Below, in pieces: positions 13,756-25,284 of a stretch of 64,000 nucleotides of DNA. The notes beneath the pieces were generated by a model, which worked only from the letters and a program-made list of their open reading frames with translations, made no database searches and was not told the origin of the DNA. Both the position numbers and the translations under genes were made by a program. The stretch covers positions 98,292,733 to 98,356,732 of the forward strand of contig NC_057717.1 in NCBI RefSeq assembly GCF_004010195.1, given 5' to 3'. Source of the stretch: Chiloscyllium plagiosum. Lineage: Eukaryota. Each line of letters starts with the position of its first letter. Position 1 is the first letter of the stretch.

Positions 13756-14364
13756 AATCACGTACAACAATAAAGGCTGACAGGAAACTGTGATGAACAA
13801 TTCTGACAAGAGGAAACTAATAGTTGGTATCATTGAAGTACTCAGCCTAAGTAACATTCTTAATTCATAGAAGCAGTATCCCAGCTTCTCTTGAAGACAC
13901 TGATATCTGCTGTGAAGCAGTTTCATAACACCACGCCTGCAGAACTTGGCCAAGTCACCATTTCACAACTCAGCCAAAATTCTGCTCTAACTCGGTGGTC
14001 AAAGACAGGCTGCTGCACAGTAATCAGAAACAATAACCATGACCAATTTGGTGTGTCCCCAACAAGCAGCACAGAATCATGCAGAGAGAAATTACACGAT
14101 TCAGAAAAGAAGTGTAGGGATTGGACACAGGACTTCCTGTTTCTACGTCAAAGCTGATTAACCCTGTGAAAGGAGAGAGGAATCAACCACAGTTTTTTAA
14201 TGGTGCATCATAACTAAACAAAGTATGCTCAGCTATGTTAACACAGTGCAAGGTTCTAAACTCACCCTCACTTCAGGTTTTTCAACCCTAAACTTTTAAA
14301 GCCAAAGTTATTACATGAGTTTAATAATCAAATATCTTCAAGGTTAATTTATTATATGCAGTTA

Positions 14365-14542
14365 CAAGTTGTTCTGCTATAACACGCATTTCATCATTGT
14401 GAATTGAATATGAAGCAACTGACGAAATGTGGAAATTGTTTGGGTAATGCGAACTTTCTACTCAACGGATTTAGCGACTTTCTACAGGGTGATTTTCTAT
14501 AGCATGAGGAATACAACTGTTGCGTTATAGCAGAATGACCTG
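14365..14542. mobile_element. Tc1/mariner MITE
   Basis: TIRs CAAGTTGTTCTGCTATAAC / GTTATAGCAGAATGACCTG with TA on both sides. Confidence 0.8.
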
Positions 14543-14644
14543 TACCCTGGTCATGAGAATTTTAAAAAAAATAAGTCTTCCTTTTTCCCAACTGGGTCTC
14601 GAGGTAAACAGACTGGCAGTCTACACCTGACAAGGGATGCAAAC

Positions 14645-15144
14645 NNNNNNNNNNNNNNNNNNNNNNNNNNNNNNNNNNNNNNNNNNNNNNNNNNNNNNNN
14701 NNNNNNNNNNNNNNNNNNNNNNNNNNNNNNNNNNNNNNNNNNNNNNNNNNNNNNNNNNNNNNNNNNNNNNNNNNNNNNNNNNNNNNNNNNNNNNNNNNNN
14801 NNNNNNNNNNNNNNNNNNNNNNNNNNNNNNNNNNNNNNNNNNNNNNNNNNNNNNNNNNNNNNNNNNNNNNNNNNNNNNNNNNNNNNNNNNNNNNNNNNNN
14901 NNNNNNNNNNNNNNNNNNNNNNNNNNNNNNNNNNNNNNNNNNNNNNNNNNNNNNNNNNNNNNNNNNNNNNNNNNNNNNNNNNNNNNNNNNNNNNNNNNNN
15001 NNNNNNNNNNNNNNNNNNNNNNNNNNNNNNNNNNNNNNNNNNNNNNNNNNNNNNNNNNNNNNNNNNNNNNNNNNNNNNNNNNNNNNNNNNNNNNNNNNNN
15101 NNNNNNNNNNNNNNNNNNNNNNNNNNNNNNNNNNNNNNNNNNNN
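14645..15144. other. Assembly gap (exactly 500 N, probably a placeholder size)
   Basis: N run; other gaps at about 15829-16277, 32178-32201 and 53571-53878. Confidence 0.98.
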
Positions 15145-15482
15145 ATAGACAAAGTCTTTTCCCTGGGGTGGGCGTAGAACTAGAGGGCATAGGTTTAGGG
15201 TGAGAGGGGAAAGATATAAAAGAGACCTAAGGGGCAACGTTTTCACGCAGAGGGTGGTGTGTGTATGGAATGAGCTGCCAGAGGAAGTGGTGGAGGCTGG
15301 TACAATTGCAACATTTAAGAGGCATTTGGATGGATATAGGAATAGGAAGGATTTGGAGGGATATGGGCCAGGTGCTGGCAGGTGGGACTGGATTGGGTTG
15401 GGATATCATCTGGTCGGCATGGACAGGTTGGACCGAAAGGTCTGTTTCCGTGCTGTACATCTCCATGACTCTATGACTCTAT
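15145..15482 (+). mobile_element. CR1 LINE 3' fragment
   Basis: Same ORF2 end, 3'UTR and tail as 3996-4358. Confidence 0.9.
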
Positions 15483-16789
15483 AATTCACCACTGAGCATC
15501 CCGATCACTCATACTGAGCCCTCCATGACACACCCGTTCCCCTCCTCCACTGGTCACTCCAATAATCACTCAATTTGAACCCCCAACTAGACCACCCCAG
15601 CCAATCCAATGTCTTCCTTAAGTCATTCACAAGGTGATTTTCAGACCTTTAAACATGGAATATAGCAGCCACGACTGTAAAAAGAGCATGGCCTCTACCT
15701 TTTTGGATGATTCATGCACAATTCATTATTTTTCCCATTTCTGACATTAAACGCTGACCACATTCATAAAAGGTAGTTCATTGCTTAAGGGGTGTTGGGA
15801 TACCCTACAGCCATTTACCACTGTATAANNNNNNNNNNNNNNNNNNNNNNNNNNNNNNNNNNNNNNNNNNNNNNNNNNNNNNNNNNNNNNNNNNNNNNNN
15901 NNNNNNNNNNNNNNNNNNNNNNNNNNNNNNNNNNNNNNNNNNNNNNNNNNNNNNNNNNNNNNNNNNNNNNNNNNNNNNNNNNNNNNNNNNNNNNNNNNNN
16001 NNNNNNNNNNNNNNNNNNNNNNNNNNNNNNNNNNNNNNNNNNNNNNNNNNNNNNNNNNNNNNNNNNNNNNNNNNNNNNNNNNNNNNNNTGTGCNNNNNNN
16101 NNNNNNNNNNNNNNNNNNNNNNNNNNNNNNNNNNNNNNNNNNNNNNNNNNNNNNNNNNNNNNNNNNNNNNNNNNNNNNNNNNNNNNNNNNNNNNNNNNNN
16201 NNNNNNNNNNNNNNNNNNNNNNNNNNNNNNNNNNNNNNNNNNNNNNNNNNNNNNNNNNNNNNNNNNNNNNNNNNNNTATGTGTGCATGTTTGTGTGTGTG
16301 GGAGAGAGAGAGAGAGAGTGTATGTGTGTGTGTGTGAGAGATCACTGAGTGTCATGATGTGGAGGTGCCTACGTTGGACTGGGGTGGACAAAGTTAAAAA
16401 TCCCACAACACCTGGTTAGAGTCCAACAGGTTTATTTGGAAGCACCAGCTCCCGAGGCACTGCCTCTTCATCAGGTGATTGTCTGATGTGAGTGTGTTAT
16501 TGTATATAAGTGTATATTGTATATTTGCGACCACTGAGTGAGTGTGTTTTTGTGTGCCTGAGTGAAACTGAAACAGAAGATGGAGGTCCACATGCTTTGA
16601 CTGTCACAGTTTATATAAAGTAACAACAAAGCAGAAAGGAATACTGTATTTTGTTGGGACAAAAACCCTTCGAAATAATAAGTCAAAGCCTGCTCTTCTA
16701 ATCCAACTAATATCACTGAGAATAACTTGACCTCTTCGCAAAGAAGGCCATTTGTTAATCTCGGGAAAATTTTCACAGTCATGATAATT

Positions 16790-17090
16790 AGTGGCTCAGT
16801 GGTTAGCACTGCTGCCTCACTGCGCTAGGAACCCAGGTTCGATTCCAGCCTCGGATGACTGTCTGTGTGAAGTTTGCTCATTCTCCTCGTGTCTGCGTGG
16901 GTTTGCCCCAGTTTCCTTCCACAGTCCAAGGATGTGCAGGTTAGGGTTGATTTGCCATGTTAAATTATCCATAGTGCTCAGGGATGTGTAGAGTGGATGG
17001 GTTAGCCATGGGAAATGCAGGGTGACAGGGATACAGTAACGGGGTGGGTCTGGGTGGGAAGCTGTTCGGAGGGTCAGTGTGGACTCAATG
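16790..17090 (+). mobile_element. HE1-like tRNA-derived V-SINE; further copies at about 5280-5540(-), 18205-18510, 19260-19520, 23618-23985, 25570-25880, 26125-26445(-), 28438-28728, 46785-47110(-), 47895-48140, 56798-57105
   Basis: A box TGGCTCAGTGG, B box GGTTCGATTCC, V-domain GTGTGGAGTTTGCACATTCTCCCCGTGTCTGCGTGGG in fuller copies, LINE-like tail. Confidence 0.88.
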
Positions 17091-17421
17091 CTGACCAACA
17101 CGCCACCAGATGGTCGGTTTATAATGCAGATTGACGCCAACAGCGTGGGTTCAATTCCCGCACTGGCTGAAGTTATTGTGAAGGTCTCTCCTTCTCAACC
17201 TCTCCCCTCATCCGAGGTGTGGTGACCTTCAGGTTAAACCACCACCAATCGTCTCTCTGAATGAGAGAGTTGGGGTTGGGGTAAGTTTACTTTTCCGTCT
17301 GATTGCTATCTCGGACCCGCTATCCTGGAGGGAAGGCCTTTTCTCAATCAGAGCACTCCCAGGCCCTATGTGTTACCCTGCCTGTTCGAGGTGACTGACA
17401 TCAGCTCTGTTCTTTCTCTAG

Positions 17422-17557
17422 TGCTCTTGGTGACAGCGGCAGGACCTGAGCCATTGAATTGCTTCACCCAGACCCTGGAAGATCTCTATTGTTTCTGGAA
17501 TGAAATGGACGATGGTGACCCCAGTAAATACCGATTCTCCTACCAGTACCTGTACCA
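17422..17557 (+). CDS. EPOR: Erythropoietin receptor exon 2 (FNIII D1 N-half)
   Basis: LLVTAAGPEPLNCFTQTLEDLYCFWNE (human [26 protein letters not shown]); acceptor tctttctctAG; donor CA|GTATGT, phase 2. Confidence 0.9.
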
Positions 17558-17669
17558 GTATGTGGTTATCAATTACTCAGGACTCGACCGCTTTCGCTCA
17601 GACAGACATGTGTTTTCACGACCAAATGTGTTCTTTTCTATGCTCAATGTTGCATCTTTTATTTTGTGA

Positions 17670-17709
17670 GCGTATGTGTGAGCTAGTGTATGTGTACGAG
17701 TGTGTATGA

Positions 17710-17746
<37 letters not shown>

Positions 17747-17895
17747 CATGTATGTGTGTGTGTGAGAGAGAGAGTCATGTGTGTGCGCGAGTATATGTGT
17801 GTGTGAGAGAGAGGGAGTGAATGTGAATGTGTGTGTGTGTGTAAGAGTGTATGTGCCTGTGTGAGCGAGTGTGTGTGTATGTGAGTGTGTGTGGT
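17670..17895. repeat. Compound (GT)n/(GA)n microsatellite
   Basis: Directly visible. Confidence 0.95.
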
Positions 17896-18760
17896 TGCTG
17901 AAAACAAACTTTTATTTATTTCTATTCAACCAATTCCTTTTCATTTTTCCATGCAGACTTCTAAAAGTTTCAAATCTCTCTATGTGAGCCTGACTCCACT
18001 CTGAGAATTGTGTCTCTCTAAAATTCTGACCTTGTGTTCTACTCCTGAGTTTAACTGCTCCAAGGGCATTTGTGAATAGCATCATTTATTATTACTGTCA
18101 ATAATGGTGGTAGTGTCTTCAGTTGTTGGGCCCTAAACCTTGACACTCCCTCCCTAAAACTCTCCATCCTTCCTTTTAAAGAAGTCCCTATCTCTTTCAC
18201 CAAGGGTGGCTGAGTGGTTAGCATGGCTGCCTCACAGTGCCAGGGACCTGGGTTCGATTCCAGTTACTGTCTGGGTGGAATTTGCACGTTCTCCCCGTGT
18301 CTGTGTGGGTTTCCTCTGGGTGCTCTGGTTTCCTCCCACAGTCCAAAGATGCGCAGGCTAGGGTGGATTGGCTAAATTGTCATGTAGTGTCCAGGGAGCT
18401 GTGGGTTAGCCATGAGAAATGTAGGATTACAGGGATAGAATGGGAGGGGGAATCTGGGTGGGATGGTCAGTGCGGACTCAATGGGCCGAATGGCCTGCCT
18501 CCATGTTGTACGATTCAAGCTTTTATCCACCTGTCCCTAAACTATCCACCTGAGGCTTCGAGGTCACTTTGTGCTGTGTTCCTATATAAATGCAAGTTCT
18601 ATGCTGCGATGATGAATCAGTGGAAGGCATTGGGGTTAATTTTAAGCCTGCCTTTCCCCACCTCCCCTTCAGAAACTGACTGGGTAGAAATCGACTTGCC
18701 CGCGTGTGTCCCCAGGTTCGATTTTGACCTGCCCTTCAGCAATGTTTCTTAATTCCTCAG

Positions 18761-18939
18761 GGACGATAATGAGAGGAAAGAATGTCACCTTTCCGTCCAA
18801 AGGATTGGCGGTAACATGAACCGTTACATCTGCACACTTCCCACAATGGATGTTTCTCTGTTTGCTCCCTTGGAAATCGAGGTGTCACTGAATTCGAGTC
18901 GGGTCAAGCAGCGGCAGATCATCTACATCAACAACGCCG
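18761..18939 (+). CDS. EPOR: EPOR exon 3
   Basis: DDNERKECHLSVQRIGGNMNRYICTLPTMDVSLFAPLEIEV..IIYINNA; second Cys pair and the F93-equivalent loop; AG and GTGAGT boundaries, phases fit. Confidence 0.9.
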
Positions 18940-20362
18940 GTGAGTGTGACTTAGAAGTGTACCATAGGAACAGCCATCGTTCAATGGGTTACGCTCTGGT
19001 TGGTCCAAGACTCACTCAAGAGACTTGAGCCATAAGTATGAGTGCTGCATTGTCAGATATACCCCCTTTCTCACAAGACGTTAAATCGAGGTTCTGACCA
19101 TGCTCTCATGTGGCCAGGAGAAACCCCAGGGCACCTTTGAAAGTAAGACACATTGCAGCCCGGCACCAAGTAAAGACGATCTGACCATTCTCCTGCTGCT
19201 GACTGTGGAAGCCTGCTCTGTTTCTGAAATTACAAGACAATCAAAGGTAAAAGGGACAGCGCGGTGGCTCAGTGGTTAGCACTGCTGCCTCACGGTGCCA
19301 GGCACCTGGATTCGATTCCAGCCTCGGGCGACTGTCTGTGTGGAGTTTGCACGTTCTCCCTTGTGTCTGTGTTTCCTCTGGGTGCTCCGGTTTTCTCCAA
19401 AGACGTGCAGGTTAGGGGGACTAGCCCATGGGAAACGCAGCGCTGTGAGGAGTGGGATGTACTTTGAAAAGTCAGTGCAGAACCCGATGGGCTGAACAGC
19501 CTCTCTCTGCAATGTAAGGTTTCTGTGTTTCTATAAGGTCTCTCTAGCCCTGCCCTCTCATTAGAGAGTGATGAGTAATGATGATTCAACCTGAGGGCCT
19601 CCACCCCTCAGGCATAAAGTTAAGAAGTTGGAACTTTCATGCCAACTTCAGCCTGTGTAGGAGTTGAACCTGCGCTGTTGTCATCACTAACCAGTCATCC
19701 AGCCAACTGAGCTATCCAACCCCAATTAAAGTAAGGGTTTTAATGTGCTTCACAGAGCAGCAGCCCATTGTGAGAGACACTGTGGAGAACTGCGAATCTC
19801 TCTTATAAAACAAACTTCAATTTCTTTGCTCCGAAGGTCAATAAAACAAAATCCTTTCGCAGCCCGATGTGAGATTCGGATTGGATGACATTAAAGACAA
19901 ACTGCTGTGCTATAAATAAAACATAAATAAAGCCCTTTATAACCATCTGTCACATTAAACTGTCTCAGCCTCTGCAGATAAATCTTTGCAATGAATGACC
20001 TTCCAAAGGGACTTTTCTGCAGCTAGCAATGGTTATTCTGAATGAAGACAGGCAGGTTCGATGGGCCGAAGGGCCTCTCCTCTCAATGTCTCACCATGAG
20101 CAGAGTTCCGAATGCTCGACCAGTCTGTTCGGAGTTGACATTAATTGAGGATAGAACGTTGGAAAGCAAAACATGAAACATCCGTGTTTTTCAGCAGGAG
20201 ACGCTTTGGGAATTGTATGATCCCAGTTTCACATGATCTTTAACTCAGCCTCGATCTCATTGAGTGCCGGTTGGAACGGACCCAAGGGGCTGAGTGGCCT
20301 CCTCCTGTTCCTGTATTACTAACACAAGGGCCAGAAATAAACCTCAGTTTTTCTTCCCTCAG

Positions 20363-20514
20363 TTGTCTTAGATCCACCATCTAATGTGACCGTGCAACGG
20401 ACTGGAAAGCCTGGCCAACTGCATGTCAAATGGTTAGCATCACAGCTGAAGTACTTGGAAAACTCCCTGTTATATGAAGTCAACTTCTCTTCCGTCAGCT
20501 CCAACGTGCAAAAG
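20363..20514 (+). CDS. EPOR: EPOR exon 4 (FNIII D2 N-half)
   Basis: VVLDPPSNVTVQRTGKPGQLHVKWLASQLKYLENSLLYEVNFS..QK; acceptor ttcttccctcAG, donor GTAAGA. Confidence 0.9.
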
Positions 20515-20924
20515 GTAAGACGGTCTATGGCCCACTACTTGATTCAAAGACCCTTCCTCACCATTCTTAGCTGATCTCGAGATATCCCTCCCAGTTAATC
20601 TGTTCAGCTAGAGTATTGTATCTGCCCTTGGTTAGGAAGGATGTCAAGACGTTTAGAGAGAGTACAGAAAAAAATAATGACATGGGTTCCTAGGATGAAG
20701 GATAGATTGGAGAAGCTAGAGACAGTTCTCCTTAGAGAAGGTTAAGAGGAAATTTGATATAGGTGTTCCAAACTATGAGGATTTAAGACAGAGTAAATAG
20801 GATTGAACTGTTCTTGTCAGTCAAAGGATAGAGAACCACGAGACATTGATTTAAAACAAAAGAAGCAATAATGACTGGACATTTTGATGCAGTGAGTGCT
20901 AGAGGAGAGATGTCATTAATCGTG

Positions 20925-21410
20925 AAAGGGTTCGGAAAAGATTTGCAAGGAGGTTGCCAGAGTTGGAGGGTTTCAGTTACAGGGAGAGGCTGAATAGGCT
21001 GGGGCCGTTTTCCCTGGAGCATCGGAGGCTGAGGGGTGACCTTGTAGAGATTTATAAAATCATGAGGGGCATGGATAGGGTGAATAGACAAAGTCTTTTC
21101 CCTGGGGTGGGGGAGTCCAGAACTAGAGGGCATAGGTTTAAGGGGAGAGGGGAAACATTTGAAAAGGACCTAAAGAGGCAAATCTTTCATGGACAGGATA
21201 TTGCATGTATAAAACGAGCTGCCAGAAGAAGTGGTGGAGGTTGGTACAATGACAACATTTAAAAGGCATCTGGTTGGGTATATGAATAGGAAGGGTTTAG
21301 AGGGATAAGGGCCAAGTGCTGGCAAATGAGACTCAATTCATTTAAGATATCTGGTCGGCATGGACGAGTTGGACAGAAGGGTGCGTACCGTGCTGTATGC
21401 CTCTGACTCT
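20925..21410 (+). mobile_element. CR1 LINE 3' fragment
   Basis: LEGFSYRERLNRLG.FSLEHRRLRGDL..YKIMRG and 3'UTR. Confidence 0.9.
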
Positions 21411-22234
21411 AAGTGGTTTGGATTTGGAATGCAGCATCAGGATGTGTGATGGAACCAGGTGTAAACGGTGGGGTCCGTAAAAGAATCGGGTAATTAAAAA
21501 GAAGGGCAGGGTCAGGCAGAAAAAGCAGATTTGTTGGGTTTGGTGAATTGCTCTTTTCCGAGCTGGCATGGGTATGATGGACTGAATAGCCTCACTCAGT
21601 TTCACAACTGGTCCAGGTGTGTATAATTCGACAGCGTCTAGTGCTGAGATGGAAGAGTTGAATCCTACTCCTCATCTCATGCCTTCATGTCTACTACTGA
21701 ACAAAGCCAGGCCCAATTCATGCTCAGAATGTCTGTCGACATCCCCTGGGTACAGGGACAGGCGATGATGAGCTGCACAGTGTCAGTCAGTGAGCTGGGA
21801 GCAAAGACAGAGTTTTAGCAATATTCAGAAAAACAAAATAATTTGTTTGGCAGCACGTCGAGGTTGTTTATTCAGCAGTGAAGCCAACTTGTGAAATTTG
21901 CTTGTGGCAGAGTCTATTTTAACAGGGCTCAAGTGACCAGCCTGCTCCCCACATAGCAGCAGGATTATTCCTCCATTAAAATGCAGCGAATGTTGGACAA
22001 CGCAAATGGCTGAGGGTAAAGGTTCAATCGCAATCACTTACAACTGTACAATTGGCTTGTGGGGGAATTATCCAACCATCTCCATTCTGTCTGGGAGTAG
22101 CACCTTCGTGCTCTGAGGTCCTGTCACCATTACCAACGAACACAAAGCCCCATACGTTCCAAATGAACGATTTATCATGAGCTCGTCCACCTGTGCAACA
22201 TATTACAACATCACCTTCTCTGACCTTTGTGTAG

Positions 22235-22388
22235 GTGGAGACTGTCAAAGGGAAGACAGAATGCACCATTCTGAAGCTGAAGCCTCAGACTGAATACCTT
22301 GTCAGTGTCCGCGCAAAGCCCGATGGAGTCTCCATAGATGGCTACTGGACAGAATGGTCTAAACCTGTGTCTGCCATTACTGATTCAG
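22235..22388 (+). CDS. EPOR: EPOR exon 5 (WSxWS-motif exon)
   Basis: VETVKGKTECTILKLKPQTEYLVSVRAKPDGVSIDGYWTEWSKPVSAIT; AG and GTAATA boundaries. Confidence 0.92.
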
Positions 22389-23049
22389 GTAATAGAATTG
22401 TCTCTGTCTTTTCTGAACAATTGAAGGTGAGCGTACCCAGTGCATTGAAGAATGTAACAGTTATGTGGTTTATAAGCCCCTTAGAGTAATGAAGCATTAC
22501 GTCTTTAGCCCGAGTCAGAGCTGTTTCTCAGCAGTGGCAACTTTCGTCGACATCGGAGATCTCAAGAAAGGACTTTTTCCCTAGTTTACTTTTCCACCTC
22601 CTCTTCCTTGCTATTATCAGTTCGTGTTCTTTCTTCAGCTGCTCAAAAGCAGATATTGAAATGAATCCATTTGTGGATTCCCCAAGTCTGCCAGTTAGAG
22701 TCCTGAAGAAGGGTTATACCCGAAATGTTGACCTGTCCACCTCCTGATACTGCTGGCTTGCTGTGTTCTTCCAGCCTCCTGCCTGTCTACTTTGGATTCC
22801 AGCATCCTCAGTTTTTTTTTACTGTCTCTAGATAGAAGACAGGTGTCAGGTTCTACAGCGGGGTAGTGAGGGCAGGCTGCTCCAGGTTGGTTATCAAAGG
22901 TCTGACATGTGTATGGACTTGGAGGTGCAGTTGTGGGGAATGGGCTGTCTGCAGTGAATCAGGAGCGGTTACTTTAAAAGATCACTAGGAGTTAAAGTAG
23001 GTTTCTCAACCTCTGACATTCCCTGGTGTCTGTTAAGCTGAAGTAAGTC

Positions 23050-24063
23050 TACGATGATGCTGCTGTGGTTTTAAGAGATGTATTTTGTCCTGTTTATTAA
23101 AGAGAGATTAAACAAGAGGCTCCGAGCAGTCTGTAAGAAAGCAAACAGCTTGTGAGGCCTTGGAGTTTATCTAAAGTTGAAACAAAAGAAGCAGCCTGGC
23201 TGGGTGTGGACTGTTCTCACAGACTAGGAATTCTAGTTGTTTTTTCAGTTTTTAGGTTTAGCTTTAAGCAGTTGCTGTTGTGGGGTTGAAAAGGTAGAAG
23301 CTATTTTTCCCTCTCTCTCAGTCACAGCTTGAAGCGGGGGGTTCTCTCTGCTGCTGGGTTACCTGAGAGACAAATGTATTTTTCAGAATTTTCATTTTTG
23401 CCAAGGGGTGTATTGATGGCATGTTGGAACAGTTAATTATTAATAGTTACTGTCTCTATTATTCTGTTACGTTTTCCAATAGAGTTAAATGATTCTAAAT
23501 TCATTTTTCCTGTGGTTGTATTTTAACTATAGTGTTTAAATAAATTATGTTTTGCCTCATGTCGAGTAGTTTGACCAGTTGCATTGTATCTGGAACAGAC
23601 ACTTGCCTTTAAAATAATGGCACGGTGGCTCAGTGATTAGCACTGCTGCCTCACAGCGCCTGGGACCTAGGTTTAATTCTAGCCTCGGGCGACTGTCTGT
23701 GCAGAGGTTGCACGTTCTCCCTGTGTCTGCGTGGGTTTCCTCCAGGTGCACCAGTTTCCTCCCCCAATCCAAAGATGTGCAGGTTAGGGTGGATTGGCCA
23801 TGCTAAAAAAAATCACCTGAAATATCCAGGGGTGTCCAGTCTAGGTGGATTAGCCATGGGGAAATGCTAGGGTCATAAAAACGAGGATTGGATAGGGGAG
23901 TGGGTCTGGATGCGATGCTCTTCGGGGGGGTCGGTGTGGATTCAACGAGCCGAATGGACTGCTTCCATGTCATAGCGATTCGATGATTCTGTGAATAAGA
24001 ATAAGACAATGTCTAGGTAACCTTCTTAAAATATTTTGGAGGGGTTCTAGTCTGGTACATAAC
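23050..24063 (+). mobile_element. Probable solo LTR interrupted by an HE1 SINE (23618-23985)
   Basis: LTR-like composition with AATAAA near 23538 and an end GGTTCTAGTCTGGTACATAAC; sequence resumes after the SINE; TSD not resolved. Confidence 0.45.
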
Positions 24064-25196
24064 CCATCTAAAACTGAAAGGGAAATTAGACAGTTTAGGT
24101 TTTCTGTAATCACAAAGGCATACTAACTGATTGAGATGTAACCATATCATGAAACAATTGAATAATATAACTATGTGTATTAGTTTGAATGCTGTTGAAT
24201 GTGTACTGATATGGAACATAGACTATGTAAACATGGTTGGGTCCAGATAGGGGTTAGTAAAATCTTTTTTTATTGGAAGCTATGATTTGCAGGAATAGTT
24301 GATTGGAAGTTTGCTCTCTGTAAAAATTGTACGAAACCTTTATCCTCGTAACAAACATCTGACTTGTACACCATTCTGGATGTATACATCACCCACGTAT
24401 CCCTGAGTAAATGTTTTAAACAAAGAAACTCGACTCTGGTCTAAGAGGAAATGAAGGGTTAAACTCGCCCTTCCTGAACCACCTAACTTTATGGGACTTT
24501 CTTAGAGGGTTCCCTGCACAGGGACAGTTCCTGCGGCTGGAGCTGAGAGTCGGATTCCACAAGATGCGCAAATCCAGCCTTTGCTGTTCCAGTGATTCTC
24601 TGGCCATTGCAACGTCAGTGCTCGTGTCACCGTCCCCCTCGCATTGCCCTCGTTTGAGTAATCAAATTGAGGTGGTCTTTGAATGTGGGCCCTAAGTTTC
24701 CCACAGAAGGATCAAGAGCATTAGGTGATTGATTATAGTCCAGCAGAGTCCAACATTAGGTCGGGTTCAAAGTGTGATTCAGTTCAAACACCAGGTTGAG
24801 AGGTCATTTGAGTTATCATGGACAGACAGCAAATCAAAGTTCCATTGGCAATGATAGCCTGCACTGAGATCTGGATTATATAAATGTGTGCAAAGTTAAT
24901 ACTCAAACATCAAAATATGAGCTCTGTGCAATTTATATAATTACCTTCAGAATTACTTGCAGTGTTTAAAAGGAATGGAAATGTCATTTTATGCAAAACC
25001 CAAAGAGAACAATGCAGTATTACCTATTTAATCAGTCCTGATATAAATGTTGGGCATCATATCATCCCTGCCCCCATCCCCATCCCCATTCCCACCCCTT
25101 GCAGTTCCCCATGGATCCCATGTTAAAGAAAACAGGAGGCAGATGCACTATTGAGAACTGTGAAGAATTCACATGCTTTTCCTTTCTGTTTTCCAG

Positions 25197-25284
25197 ATTT
25201 TGATCCTTTGATTCTAACCATGTCCTTGGTCCTCGTCATGATCATCATGTTGCTGTTTCTGACCATCCTCATGACCCACCGCAG
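25197..25284 (+). CDS. EPOR: EPOR exon 6 (transmembrane helix)
   Basis: DFDPLILTMSLVLVMIIMLLFLTILMTHRR (human DLDPLILTLSLILVVILVLLTVLALLSHRR); strong acceptor, donor GTAACC. Confidence 0.95.

Noticed and set aside
14020-14165. Good acceptor on the - strand that could start an upstream ZNF653 exon
   Set aside because: No convincing donor and no recognisable ZNF653 homology
14551-16419. Long ORFs in the track (also 53315-53996)
   Set aside because: Artefacts of translating N runs
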